A DNA stretch of 64,000 nt from Gemmatimonadota bacterium (lineage in GTDB: Bacteria; Gemmatimonadota; Gemmatimonadetes; Palauibacterales; KS3-K002): assembly GCA_039586795.1 (NCBI GenBank), contig JBDHJS010000001.1, forward strand, positions 96,001 through 160,000, read 5' to 3'. The translations under genes and the position numbers were made by a program. The notes below the pieces were generated by a model. That model did not search any database. It was not told where the DNA came from and saw only the letters and a list, made by a program, of their open reading frames with translations. This document shows, piece by piece, positions 41,406-51,160 of this stretch (position 1 is the first letter of the stretch; each line of letters opens with the position of its first letter).

Positions 41406-43550
41406 ATGTCGTTCAGCACTCCGTTCCCGACTCGAAGCCTGCGCAAGATCCTGATCACCACCCTGCCGCTCATCGGAATCCTGATTCAGACGGGGAACGC
41501 GGCTGCTCAGGATAGGCGCCGAATCCAGGCGAACGATCTATACCGCATCCAAACGGCCAGCAGCATCGCGCTGTCGCCGGACGGCAGCCAGGTCGCATAT
41601 CTGGTGACGCAAATAGACTCGGTAGACAATACTTACTACCGACACATATGGCTGGCGGACGTGGCCGGTGGCGAGCCGCGACAGCTGACTCGCGGCAAGG
41701 TTCGTGACGGGGCGCCAGCCTGGTCGCCCGACGGGACCAGGATCGCGTTTGTATCGGGCCGCGGCGCGGATGGACCGCAGATCTACATTCTACCCTTGAA
41801 CGGCGGAGAAGCCTGGCAGGTCACCGACCTCGAGAACGGCGCGTTCGGCCCTGTGTGGTCCCCAAACGGAGACAAGATTCTATTCGGTTCGACGCTCACG
41901 AATGAAGAGTTGGCAGAAGAGGCGTCGGAAGCGGATGCGACTGAGGAATCGGAAGCGGTAGACGCCGCGATGTTCGGATCGATGGCCACAATTCGGAACT
42001 GGCTGTCGAAGAACGCGGAGCAAGGCGAGCCGGCAGTCATCACACGTCTCAACTTCCAGGGCGAGCGCGGACTCGACCCGATCGAATCTTGGGCGCACAT
42101 CTACGAACTAGACCTCGATACCGAAGAGACGAAGCGGCTGACCGACGGACCGCACGACTTCTATGCCCAGTCCTACTCGCCGGATGGGCGGCGCATTCTC
42201 TTCGCCGCTGAGATATCAGAGGACGTGCATCCCGACTACGTGCAGAAGAGCGACCTCTACGTCATGGATGCTGACGGAAGCAATCGACGGCTTATCGGTG
42301 TCGCCGGTTATGTGTCGTTCAACCCGCAGTGGTCCCCCGATGGTAGCCGAATCGCTTTCGCCGCCCGAGACACACTAGAGCCCTCGGCCACCAGCACGCA
42401 TGTCGGCGTCATCGAGATCGATGCAAGCGGTGTCGCTGGCGAAGTGACCTGGGTCAGCCGGTCGCTAGACAGGAGCATCAACCAGTATCACTGGGCGTCG
42501 GACGGCGAGTCGATCTACTTCTCAGCCGGAGTGCATGGCACGATTCCGATCTACCGAGCGCCGGTGGGCGACGGCGAGGTCCGCCAGGTCGTGTCCGGTG
42601 AGCGGGGCGTTCAGAGCTTCGACCTCGCGGGAGAAACGTTGGCTTATTCTATCTCCGAGCCAGCGAATCCCTCCGAGATCTACGTGGCGAACGCAGACGG
42701 TGTAAACGAGCGTCGAGTGACCGATCTGAACACCGGCTGGCTCTCGGGCGTCTACGTTCAGCCGCACGCGGGCTTCTGGTACAGAAGCTTCGACGGCAAG
42801 CGGGTGCAGGGATGGGTGATAGAGCCCGTAGGTTACGAGCCGGGAAGCCAATACCCGCTGGCGGTGGAAATGCACGGTGGTCCGCACGTCATGTGGGGAC
42901 CCGGTGAAGCGTCGATGTGGCATGAGTTCCAGTTGCTCGCCGCCAACGGGTATGTCGTGTTATACACGAACCCGAGAGGCAGCGGCGGCTACGGTTACGA
43001 TTTCAAGCTCCAGATCCAACGCGCCTGGGGTGAGGGACCCATGCGTGATGTCCTGACCGCCGCCGATAGTATCGTGGCCCGCGGATTCATCGACGAGGAT
43101 CGAATGGTGGTGACGGGCGGAAGCTACGCCGGCTACCTGACCGCCTACCTGGTGGGGAACGACCATCGCTTTGCAGCCGCCGTTGCCCAGCGCGGCGTGT
43201 ATGACCTGGCGGTCTTCTTCGGGGAAGGCAACGCATGGCAGTTGGTGCGCTGGGAGTTCGACGCTTATCCGTGGGAGGATCCGGATATTCTGCGTCAGGA
43301 ATCTCCGATGACCTATGCGCACCTCATCGAGACGCCGTTGCTCATCATTCACTCCGATCGCGACCTCAGGACGGGAGTGTCGCAATCAGAGATGCTGTAC
43401 CGCACTCTCAAGGTTTTAGAGAGACCGGTCGAATACGCGCGGTATCCGCGTGAAGGGCACGACCTGTCTCGCAGCGGCGAACCGCTGCTGAGGATCGATC
43501 GACTGCTTCGGATACTCGAGTTCTTCGATCGATATGCAGCTGAACATTGA
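41406..43550 (+). CDS. S9 family peptidase (acylaminoacyl/dipeptidyl)
   Basis: Signal peptide; WSPDG repeats; HGGP, NPRGS, GGSYAG, D-x-R, EGHDL. Confidence 0.95.
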   Translation: MSFSTPFPTRSLRKILITTLPLIGILIQTGNAAAQDRRRIQANDLYRIQTASSIALSPDGSQVAYLVTQIDSVDNTYYRHIWLADVAGGEPRQLTRGKVRDGAPAWSPDGTRIAFVSGRGADGPQIYILPLNGGEAWQVTDLENGAFGPVWSPNGDKILFGSTLTNEELAEEASEADATEESEAVDAAMFGSMATIRNWLSKNAEQGEPAVITRLNFQGERGLDPIESWAHIYELDLDTEETKRLTDGPHDFYAQSYSPDGRRILFAAEISEDVHPDYVQKSDLYVMDADGSNRRLIGVAGYVSFNPQWSPDGSRIAFAARDTLEPSATSTHVGVIEIDASGVAGEVTWVSRSLDRSINQYHWASDGESIYFSAGVHGTIPIYRAPVGDGEVRQVVSGERGVQSFDLAGETLAYSISEPANPSEIYVANADGVNERRVTDLNTGWLSGVYVQPHAGFWYRSFDGKRVQGWVIEPVGYEPGSQYPLAVEMHGGPHVMWGPGEASMWHEFQLLAANGYVVLYTNPRGSGGYGYDFKLQIQRAWGEGPMRDVLTAADSIVARGFIDEDRMVVTGGSYAGYLTAYLVGNDHRFAAAVAQRGVYDLAVFFGEGNAWQLVRWEFDAYPWEDPDILRQESPMTYAHLIETPLLIIHSDRDLRTGVSQSEMLYRTLKVLERPVEYARYPREGHDLSRSGEPLLRIDRLLRILEFFDRYAAEH

Positions 43551-43569
43551 GCAAATGTTCAGCTGCGCT

Positions 43570-45600
43570 TCACTGGGTACCTGCGATCTTCCAGGGAATG
43601 ACGCCCAGCGCTCGGTACAATTCCGCCGGGTCGAATAGCACGCCATCCTTCATAACCAGCTCAACGCGTCGTATGTCGGAGATCTCCGCAAGCGGATCCC
43701 CATCAACGACGATGATGTCGGCAAGCTTTCCGGGCTCGATCGAGCCCAGCTGATCGTCACGGTTGGTGACTTGTGCCGCTTCGAGCGTCGCCATACGCAA
43801 CGCATCGGCGCTCGGTATACCGGCCTCGACGTAGAGTTCGAGCTCGCGGTGCAGCGTGAAGCCGGCGAGCGCATCAGTGCCGGCCACGAGTTGAACGCCC
43901 GACTGATGTAGCTCGTTTACGAAAGCCAGCATCGCACGGAAGCCCGCCCGATACCGCTCGTCCATCCCATCAGGCACCGGAAGGCCGCCAGCCAGCATTC
44001 CCCGTCGCACCTGGGGCGGCAGGCGGTTGGCGATCAGCTTGTCGCCATCCGCCATCACACCGGGGCGCGCGTTGAACATCGACTCGAAGATCGCAATGGT
44101 GGGGTCAACCACGACATCGTTCTCTTTGAGAAGAGCGATGAATTCCTGCACGCTGTCGGCCTTCAAATCGAGTTCAGAACCGTGTTGCGCCACGGCGATG
44201 AACCTAACCGGCGTACGTGTGTCGAGCGTGTCACCCAGAAAGTTCAAGAACAGCATGTTGATGTGAGTTACCTCGTCCCATCCTTGCTCGACGGCCTGAC
44301 GCGCCGTCATGAAGGCGGGGATGTGCCCGCTAACCGGAAGACCGTGGTAGTGCGAACGCTCGATGATTACGGGGACGAGCTCGGTCTTGATCGAACTATA
44401 GACTTTGATCTGTTCGTAGCCGAGCTCTGCGTAACGGTCGATGGCCTGGTTGATCTCCTCGGGCGTATCGACGAGGATCTTTGTCGGCCCGGCGAACGGT
44501 CCCGGCCCGTCCATGAAGCCGGCCATCACGATCCGCGGGCCGATCGCGGCTCCCTTATTGAACTCCTCGCGTCTCTCCAACAGGTAGTCGATGTCGTTCG
44601 CCATGTCGCGTACGCTGGTAACGCCCCCGGCCAGGTTGAGGAGACCGCCGTCGTCACCGAGGTGAACATGCATGTCCCACAGCCCAGGCATGATGGTCTT
44701 GCCGTGAGCATCGATCAGGCGGGCGTCGGATGGGATCGCGACTTCAGCGTCGCGGCCGACGGCGGTGATTCGGTTGCCGGTGACGACCACCGTCTGCTCC
44801 TCGACCATCCTGCCGACGACAGGGTCGAACAGGTTGGCGCCAACGAAGGCGACCGGCACATCGGGGCGATCAGCAAGGGTTGCGGCAAGCCCCTGCGCAC
44901 GTCCCGCCTTCGCCTGATCCTGCAACTCCACGAGCTGCGGCACGACGCTTTCCCAGCCTTCTCTGACGATATCGAGCCATCCCGTCGGCATAGCGAACAG
45001 TTCACCTTCGTCATCAAGCCAGAGACGGAACGGCGAGAAGCCGAGCCCGACGATCGCGTAGTGGTGGACGGTCTTGCGCACGCCATCGGCCTCTACGGTC
45101 AGCGAGCCGACCCGTTCGATGGAAGCCATACCACCCGGCAGAAGCGCCAACTCTTGTCCCGATGCTGCGAGCAACGCTCTTGCGAGCACAGCCCCGTCCT
45201 CGGGCGTCGATTGGAGGGGAGCGTAGAAGACGGGTGTCGTCGGCGCCATCGACCCTTCTTCAGCGCTGCTCTTCCATGACGCGGATCCGCCTTCGACCCA
45301 GTATCGCTCCTCGACGGGCGACTTCAGGTAATCGTTACCGGTGATCTCGATGCGCGTGGGGATGCCGTTATCGTCGAGCACCAGGATCTGATCGACCGAT
45401 GGACCCCGCCCGCGATCGTTGAACTCGAAGTGAGCTCGCCTACTATGAGGCGAGTCGATCCACACGATGTGATATCCGGCAGGATTCCCCTGCATGAGGA
45501 CCGCATAGCGAAGCGAGTCCGCTTCGCTTGCTGAGCCGACGGAGGGCACAAGGAAACCTGGAAGCGAGAAGAAGGAGATGACGACGCCTGTGATCCGCAT
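43570..45600 (-). CDS. Secreted amidohydrolase family protein
   Basis: PGLWDMHVH, GVTSVRD, KVY, SGH, AGTD, GSIEPGKLAD; ATG 45600. Confidence 0.9.
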   Translation of the reverse strand: MRITGVVISFFSLPGFLVPSVGSASEADSLRYAVLMQGNPAGYHIVWIDSPHSRRAHFEFNDRGRGPSVDQILVLDDNGIPTRIEITGNDYLKSPVEERYWVEGGSASWKSSAEEGSMAPTTPVFYAPLQSTPEDGAVLARALLAASGQELALLPGGMASIERVGSLTVEADGVRKTVHHYAIVGLGFSPFRLWLDDEGELFAMPTGWLDIVREGWESVVPQLVELQDQAKAGRAQGLAATLADRPDVPVAFVGANLFDPVVGRMVEEQTVVVTGNRITAVGRDAEVAIPSDARLIDAHGKTIMPGLWDMHVHLGDDGGLLNLAGGVTSVRDMANDIDYLLERREEFNKGAAIGPRIVMAGFMDGPGPFAGPTKILVDTPEEINQAIDRYAELGYEQIKVYSSIKTELVPVIIERSHYHGLPVSGHIPAFMTARQAVEQGWDEVTHINMLFLNFLGDTLDTRTPVRFIAVAQHGSELDLKADSVQEFIALLKENDVVVDPTIAIFESMFNARPGVMADGDKLIANRLPPQVRRGMLAGGLPVPDGMDERYRAGFRAMLAFVNELHQSGVQLVAGTDALAGFTLHRELELYVEAGIPSADALRMATLEAAQVTNRDDQLGSIEPGKLADIIVVDGDPLAEISDIRRVELVMKDGVLFDPAELYRALGVIPWKIAGTQ

Positions 45601-45649
45601 GGCACTCGGGTCCTTTCGGCTGAGTGATCCGGCCCCGCGGGTGCTGTGA

Positions 45650-46357
45650 CTACTCGGCCAATCCACGGTCGGCCATATATCCAATGATCTCTTCGATGGT
45701 CGCTTGTCCTGAATGCAGCGGCGAACCGACGAGCACAGCGTCGACCTGACCGATCATCAATGCATCGAACAGGTCTGCCACATCTCTGGCCACTCCGTCA
45801 GCGATGACCTGCCTGCGGAACGCTGAGCCTACGCTTTGCAGCAACTCGAAATCGAAGGGGGCCGCTTGCGGATCCGGATCTGCCGATTCGACGATCAGTT
45901 CGCCGGCGCCCTGGGCTTCGATTACGGCCGCCCACGTTGCAGCATCCCATTCCGTATCGCTTCCATCTCGCGCCTCCATGACTCGCCACACGGATCCTTC
46001 GGGCCGGACTATCATCGCGACCGCGACCGCGTCACCCCCCAGTTCCGTAGCCAGTCGGGCGATCAGGTCGGGGTCCAGCAGCGCCGAGGATTGAACGACG
46101 ATTCCGTGCGCTCCGGCGGAGAGGAGAGGGGCGACTTCGGAAGGATCCGACGGCTCGACGCGATACGAGAAGCGGCTCGAAACACAGGACGCAAGGTCTC
46201 GCGAGAGCGCTTCCAGAAGTTCGAATGGCGTTTGCCGTGCGTCGAACAGCAACCTGTTGGCGCCGGCTTCGGCGTAGGCTGCGGCGACTTCAACCGGATC
46301 GGCGGATGCGACCCTTGCGTCCTGGCCAAGCGCCAGCGACGGAATGACTCGTTCCAA
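45650..46357 (-). CDS. HisF-like TIM-barrel protein (divergent)
   Basis: RVIPSL, DPVEVAAAY..AGA, GAGELIV, FDFELL, DAVLVGSPLH align with the HisF layout. Confidence 0.7.
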   Translation of the reverse strand: MERVIPSLALGQDARVASADPVEVAAAYAEAGANRLLFDARQTPFELLEALSRDLASCVSSRFSYRVEPSDPSEVAPLLSAGAHGIVVQSSALLDPDLIARLATELGGDAVAVAMIVRPEGSVWRVMEARDGSDTEWDAATWAAVIEAQGAGELIVESADPDPQAAPFDFELLQSVGSAFRRQVIADGVARDVADLFDALMIGQVDAVLVGSPLHSGQATIEEIIGYMADRGLAE

Positions 46358-46360
46358 CGC

Positions 46361-47212
46361 CTACTGGGACTCCTCTTCCTCCGGTTCGATCTCTAGCGGC
46401 ACATTCTTACGGATTCGATGACTAAACAGAGTTATCTCTCTGAAGCCGGCGTTGTGCAGGGTGCGAGCCCCGACGTCGAGCCCCTGATCAAAACTCGAAG
46501 GCACGTGACTATCCGTACCGATGGTGACCGTGGCGATCTGAGCTTCCTTGGCGAGCTGGAGGACATCGAGGCCCGGATAGGGTTCCGCTGGCGCCTGCAC
46601 GACGCCCGAAGTGTTCACCTCGATACCAATCCCCTTGGCGACGAGTTTGTCCAGCACACGTCGGACTTGCGACTCAAACGGTCTGACTTCGAACGCGCCG
46701 TAGTACTTGGTGCCGTAACGCTTCACCATATCGAAGTGACCGACGACGTCGAAGCCGCCCCAATCCACCATCTCGTCCAAAGCCTCGAAGTAGAGGCCAT
46801 AGGCATCCGAAACATCGCGATCCTTGAAATAGCTACCCACCGCGCCACCGGATATCTGGTGACCGTCCACAATGTGCACCGATCCGATAATGAGATCGAA
46901 GTCAACCGAGTCGACGAGCGCGTCGAGCGTCTCGACCCATTCCGGACGGTACTCGAGCTCGGCGCCCAACAGAATCCGCATATCCGGATACTCGGGCTGC
47001 AGCCGTTCGATCTCGTGCTGCAACTGTTCGTAGCGTTGCCGGGCGTCAACGAGATCGAGGACCCAATCACCGTGGTCGGGGCTCAGAACTTCGGCGTGGT
47101 TTGTGAAGCAGATCTCATCGAAGCCGAGATCGAACGCGACCTCGCAGACCTCGGCCGTGCTTCCGCGACCGTCGCTCGAATACTGGTTGTGGAGATGATA
47201 GTTGATGCGCAC
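46361..47212 (-). CDS. PHP-family histidinol-phosphatase (HisJ/HisK-like)
   Basis: YHLH, FTNH, GAE, IGSVH, GHFD, EVNTSG, GTDSH; GTG 47212. Confidence 0.85.
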   Translation of the reverse strand: MRINYHLHNQYSSDGRGSTAEVCEVAFDLGFDEICFTNHAEVLSPDHGDWVLDLVDARQRYEQLQHEIERLQPEYPDMRILLGAELEYRPEWVETLDALVDSVDFDLIIGSVHIVDGHQISGGAVGSYFKDRDVSDAYGLYFEALDEMVDWGGFDVVGHFDMVKRYGTKYYGAFEVRPFESQVRRVLDKLVAKGIGIEVNTSGVVQAPAEPYPGLDVLQLAKEAQIATVTIGTDSHVPSSFDQGLDVGARTLHNAGFREITLFSHRIRKNVPLEIEPEEEESQ

Positions 47213-47216
47213 GGCA

Positions 47217-47876
47217 CTAGCTCTGGTTGACAACGGCGACGGCAACGCCGTCGCGCGTTGGAACGATTATCGAAGTGAGTCTCGAGTCTTTGGCCAGCAT
47301 TCGATTGAACTTCTGGATGCTCAAAACACCCGGATCTTCGCTGTCCGTTTCCACGACTCGCCCACTCTTGAACGCATTGTCGCCGATCACAAGCCCACCC
47401 GGCCGTATGTTGGCGATAGACCACTCTAGGTACTGCGGGTAATTCTCCTTGTCCGCGTCGATGAAGACGGCATCGAACGGCCCCGCGGCCGCCAGCTCAT
47501 CGAGCAAGTCGAAGGCGACACCTTGCCAGACCTCCGCTCGATCGTCCAGGCCGGCGCGAGCGACAAATCGCCGCGCAAGCTGAGCCCTATCCGGCTCCAT
47601 CTCCACGCTGATCAACCGGCCGTCGGCGGGCAGCGCCCGGGCCATCCAGACCGCGCTGTAACCTCCGAGGGTCCCGAGCTCGACGACCGTGCGTGCTCCG
47701 ATGGCCCTCAGAAGAACCTGCAGCAGTCGCCCTTCCTCCGCGTCGATGTATATGGCGGGCATGCCCAGCTCGACCATCTCGCGGCGCAAATCCTCCAGGA
47801 CCTGGTCCTCAGGTGCAAAGAGCTCGGCAACGTAGCGGGAGCATTCCTCACGAGTAATCTCGTCCGTAGTCACCAC
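47217..47876 (-). CDS. Cation-dependent O-methyltransferase (Methyltransf_3)
   Basis: ELGTLGGYS, FDAVFIDADKENY, GDN; GTG about 47876. Confidence 0.92.
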   Translation of the reverse strand: MVTTDEITREECSRYVAELFAPEDQVLEDLRREMVELGMPAIYIDAEEGRLLQVLLRAIGARTVVELGTLGGYSAVWMARALPADGRLISVEMEPDRAQLARRFVARAGLDDRAEVWQGVAFDLLDELAAAGPFDAVFIDADKENYPQYLEWSIANIRPGGLVIGDNAFKSGRVVETDSEDPGVLSIQKFNRMLAKDSRLTSIIVPTRDGVAVAVVNQS

Positions 47877-47895
47877 CTCCGAAGCGCGACGAGCG

Positions 47896-49290
47896 TCAAT
47901 CGCTGGCCGGGACGTAACGACCGGCCTGGTATCTTTGGGCGGATGAAACCCACACCCGTACTTTCGGCGCCGTGGCGACGCGTGGCCGCTCCGAACTGGC
48001 CTGAAGTTGCGTGGCCAGAGCATCCGGGTCGGCGGCGGCCAGCTCTCCCACGGAATTGACGCCCGAATCCCACAACAGCCTGGCGTTATCGACGCCGATT
48101 CCCCTCAAGATTATGAGCTGTGCGGCGCTGACCCAATCCTGTGCATCGGCTGCGGGCGCGCCGGTGGCAGCGGCCACGGCCTCGGGATCCGCTCCGGCCA
48201 GCGCGAAGAGATCGACATAGGGAGTGTCGGCGAGGCGCTCGATCTGAGCGGGGTTGGCAAGCCACATCTCGCTCAATCTTGGCCGAAGCGAGTCGGTGTT
48301 CCAGCGATCCATGCCGAAGAGGACGGCGATGGAGAATACGATGGCGCCGACGACAGCCACCACCGAGCGACCAGGTCGTGGACTGTGCTTGGGTTCGTCG
48401 CCTTCATCCTCGGGCACAGCGACGCGAAGCAGGACGAGTGTCTGGTACATGACGAAGCAGTCGAGGGCGAAAACCGGGAAACCGAAGAACCCGAGCAGCG
48501 GCATCTCGAACAGCTTGAAGTTCTCGAAGCCTGGAACGGTGTAGATCCACTTGCTCCGTGATTCGATGTTGTAGAACTCCCAGAGCAAGCCGATGAACAG
48601 GCCACCTGTAAGAAAACGAAGCAGTCGGCCGGGACGTCCCCGGGATAAGTCACCGAGCAGAGAGCGACTGGGGTCGCGGCTGTAGTTCCACGGCTCGAGC
48701 AGCAGCGTCAACGCGCCCCACACCATCGGGAAGAAGGCACGCGGCCAAGCCATGCTCAGCAGCGCGAACACGACACCGCCCAGGAAGAGAACCAGCAGCC
48801 CAGATCGACTAACAGCGAACGTGGGCCAGCGCAGTTTGTCGTACAGACCTCTGGTGTCAAGCAGGCGCTCGGCCAGGAAGATCGCGGGAAACACTGTCGC
48901 AAACGACACCGCCGTACCCAACCATCTCACGAGCCGGTCAGGTGGCAGATTGACGTAGTACCAGTTCGCCAGTCGAAAATTGACGAGCTCGAAGAAGAAC
49001 CAGGCGACGGCCGACCAAAAGAGAAGCGAAGCGGCGAAGCGCGGTCGCGATAACACATAGTAGCGTCCGCTGTGCGCGGCCTGAACCGCGTCGAGCAGCA
49101 GGATAGTCGGGTACCAAGCGCAGATATAGAAGAAGTTCACGAACGGCCACACCCTGTTGAGCATGAGCACGGCGGCCGTGACGAGGAAGAGCAAAGCGGG
49201 CACTCCGACGAGCCACGGTGACGGGCTAACTGCCGCCTCCCGCGAACTGCCGACCGAACCCGGAGCCATCGTTCCGCTAGTGCTACTCAT
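47896..49290 (-). CDS. Multi-pass membrane protein with C-terminal DUF4332-like HhH domain
   Basis: About 8 TMs; WEFYN..KWIYT..FEMPLLGFFGF; LRGIG..ARLL..GV. Confidence 0.7.
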   Translation of the reverse strand: MSSTSGTMAPGSVGSSREAAVSPSPWLVGVPALLFLVTAAVLMLNRVWPFVNFFYICAWYPTILLLDAVQAAHSGRYYVLSRPRFAASLLFWSAVAWFFFELVNFRLANWYYVNLPPDRLVRWLGTAVSFATVFPAIFLAERLLDTRGLYDKLRWPTFAVSRSGLLVLFLGGVVFALLSMAWPRAFFPMVWGALTLLLEPWNYSRDPSRSLLGDLSRGRPGRLLRFLTGGLFIGLLWEFYNIESRSKWIYTVPGFENFKLFEMPLLGFFGFPVFALDCFVMYQTLVLLRVAVPEDEGDEPKHSPRPGRSVVAVVGAIVFSIAVLFGMDRWNTDSLRPRLSEMWLANPAQIERLADTPYVDLFALAGADPEAVAAATGAPAADAQDWVSAAQLIILRGIGVDNARLLWDSGVNSVGELAAADPDALATQLQASSERPRVATAPKVRVWVSSAQRYQAGRYVPASD

Positions 49291-51077
49291 CAGTCGGTGG
49301 ATTCCTCCTCGATCAGCGAGTCCAGGCTGGCCAAACCTGGATCCGCGAAGACGACACGACCGCCTACGATCGTAGCGAGGACTCGTACGTCCTTTATTGC
49401 GCCTGGTGCGATGGCCGTGAGGTCGTTATCGACGATCGTGAAGTCTGCGAGCTTTCCGACCTCGATGCTCCCCTTGATGTGCTCCTCCCGGGCTGCGTAG
49501 GCGTTGTTAATGGTGTAGGCACGAATCGCGGTCTCTACATCAACACGCTGCTCGGGGAACCAACCCTCAGCCGGTTCGCCGTCGAGCGTCTGGCGCGTCA
49601 CGGCGGCGTAGATGCCGAGTAGCGGCTTGGCTGGGTACCAGGCGGCGTTGGTGCCGGGCCAATCGGAACCGAACGAGAGGACGGCGCCACCTTCCTGAAG
49701 CGACTTGAACGCATACGCGCCCTTGCACCGCTCGTGTCCGATCCGCTCTTCCATCCATCGCATGTCGTCGATGGCATGGTACGGCTGAACCTCCGCGATG
49801 ACGCCGAGCTCCCCGAACCGTTCGAAGTCGTCCTCTTCAACTACCTGCGCGTGGATCATCCGAAACCGATGGTCGCCTGGACCGTTACGCTCGATGGCCG
49901 CCTCGAACCAATCGAGCAGCGTGTCGACGGCAAGGTCGCCGATGGCATGAACCTGTGGGGTCAAGCCCACGGAATCGGCGCCGCGGATCAGTTCGGCGAT
50001 GCCGGGCGGCTGGAGGACCATGGTGCGCCAGATACCGCGCTGGTCGGGCTGGTGGTCGTACGGCTCCCGGAAAAGGGCGCTGGAGTTGCCCATGATGCCG
50101 TCCACGAAGCCTTTGAGGCCACCGACCTTCAAGTACTCATCGCCATACCCGTGAGTGATTCCGACGGCGGCCAAATGCTCCCACATGTCCAGCGTCGGTC
50201 GCGCGTAGATCCGGACGGTGAGTTGATCCCGATCTCTCAAGTACTGAAAGACGCGCATCTGATGGGCGCGCGTGATATCGTGAATGCCGGTCACACCGTT
50301 CTCGGCCAGACGCTCCAAGGCGACGTGAGCTTCCATCACGCGCTGCTCGAACGACTTGGGCGGTACGACGCTGCGCACCAGGTCGACGGCGTTACCCGTC
50401 AGGATTCCCGTCGGCTCGCCGGTGGACGGATCGCGCTCGATGACGCCGCCCACTGGGTTGCGCGTCCGGCTCGTGATCCCGGCGCGCTCCAATGCCAGTC
50501 CGTTAGCCAGATATTCGCTGCCATCCCATCGACTGAGCAGTACTGGCGTCTCGGGCGTCAGCTGGTCGATCATTTCGCGATGCGGCTTGAAGCGCTCCTG
50601 CGAAGCGTCTCCCGCCTCCCGGCCAGTCGAGCCCATTTCCCATTCCTCATAGGCTCCCCAATCGCCGTCGAGAATCCAGGCGCCATCCGGCAAGCGGTCG
50701 CGAGCACCCTCCACTCTCTGAGCCAGCATTTCGGCATCCGAGACGTCGAGCAGGTTGATGCCGAGAAGCAGTCGGGCCGCGTAGTCGAAATGCGTATGGT
50801 TGTCGATGAAGCCGGGGATCACAAAAGCCCCGTCGAGATCGATGACTTCGGTAGTCGATCCTTGGTGGCGTGAGATTTCATCAGCGCTGCCGACGGCGAT
50901 GATCGCATCGCCTCGCACGGCGACCGCTTCGGCTCGTGGCATCTCCTCATTCACCGTGTAGATCAGACCGTTTGTGAAGATCAGATCCGCGGTCTCATCC
51001 TGCCGCGATGAAATCGTCAACACAGGGATAACGACTACTGCGCCCGCAACCGCCATCAGCAACAGGGAGTTTCGCAT
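49290..51077 (-). CDS. Amidohydrolase 3 (YtcJ-like)
   Basis: PGFIDNHTH, GEPTGIL, KGFVDG, VHAIGD, HAQ, FGSDWP, GSIEVGKLAD. Confidence 0.92.
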   Translation of the reverse strand: MRNSLLLMAVAGAVVVIPVLTISSRQDETADLIFTNGLIYTVNEEMPRAEAVAVRGDAIIAVGSADEISRHQGSTTEVIDLDGAFVIPGFIDNHTHFDYAARLLLGINLLDVSDAEMLAQRVEGARDRLPDGAWILDGDWGAYEEWEMGSTGREAGDASQERFKPHREMIDQLTPETPVLLSRWDGSEYLANGLALERAGITSRTRNPVGGVIERDPSTGEPTGILTGNAVDLVRSVVPPKSFEQRVMEAHVALERLAENGVTGIHDITRAHQMRVFQYLRDRDQLTVRIYARPTLDMWEHLAAVGITHGYGDEYLKVGGLKGFVDGIMGNSSALFREPYDHQPDQRGIWRTMVLQPPGIAELIRGADSVGLTPQVHAIGDLAVDTLLDWFEAAIERNGPGDHRFRMIHAQVVEEDDFERFGELGVIAEVQPYHAIDDMRWMEERIGHERCKGAYAFKSLQEGGAVLSFGSDWPGTNAAWYPAKPLLGIYAAVTRQTLDGEPAEGWFPEQRVDVETAIRAYTINNAYAAREEHIKGSIEVGKLADFTIVDNDLTAIAPGAIKDVRVLATIVGGRVVFADPGLASLDSLIEEESTD

Positions 51078-51160
51078 GGTTCCCGTCCTGCCCGGGGTTG
51101 ATAGGAATGGATAGTGGCACTTAATGTAGGCCGAAATCTGGCCTTCAACAGGGCGGCTCC

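Noticed and set aside
24006..50873. Long antisense ORFs (e.g. 24006-25133, 33065-34264, 44182-45279, 49734-50873)
   Set aside because: High-GC shadow frames of well-supported genes, with no motifs
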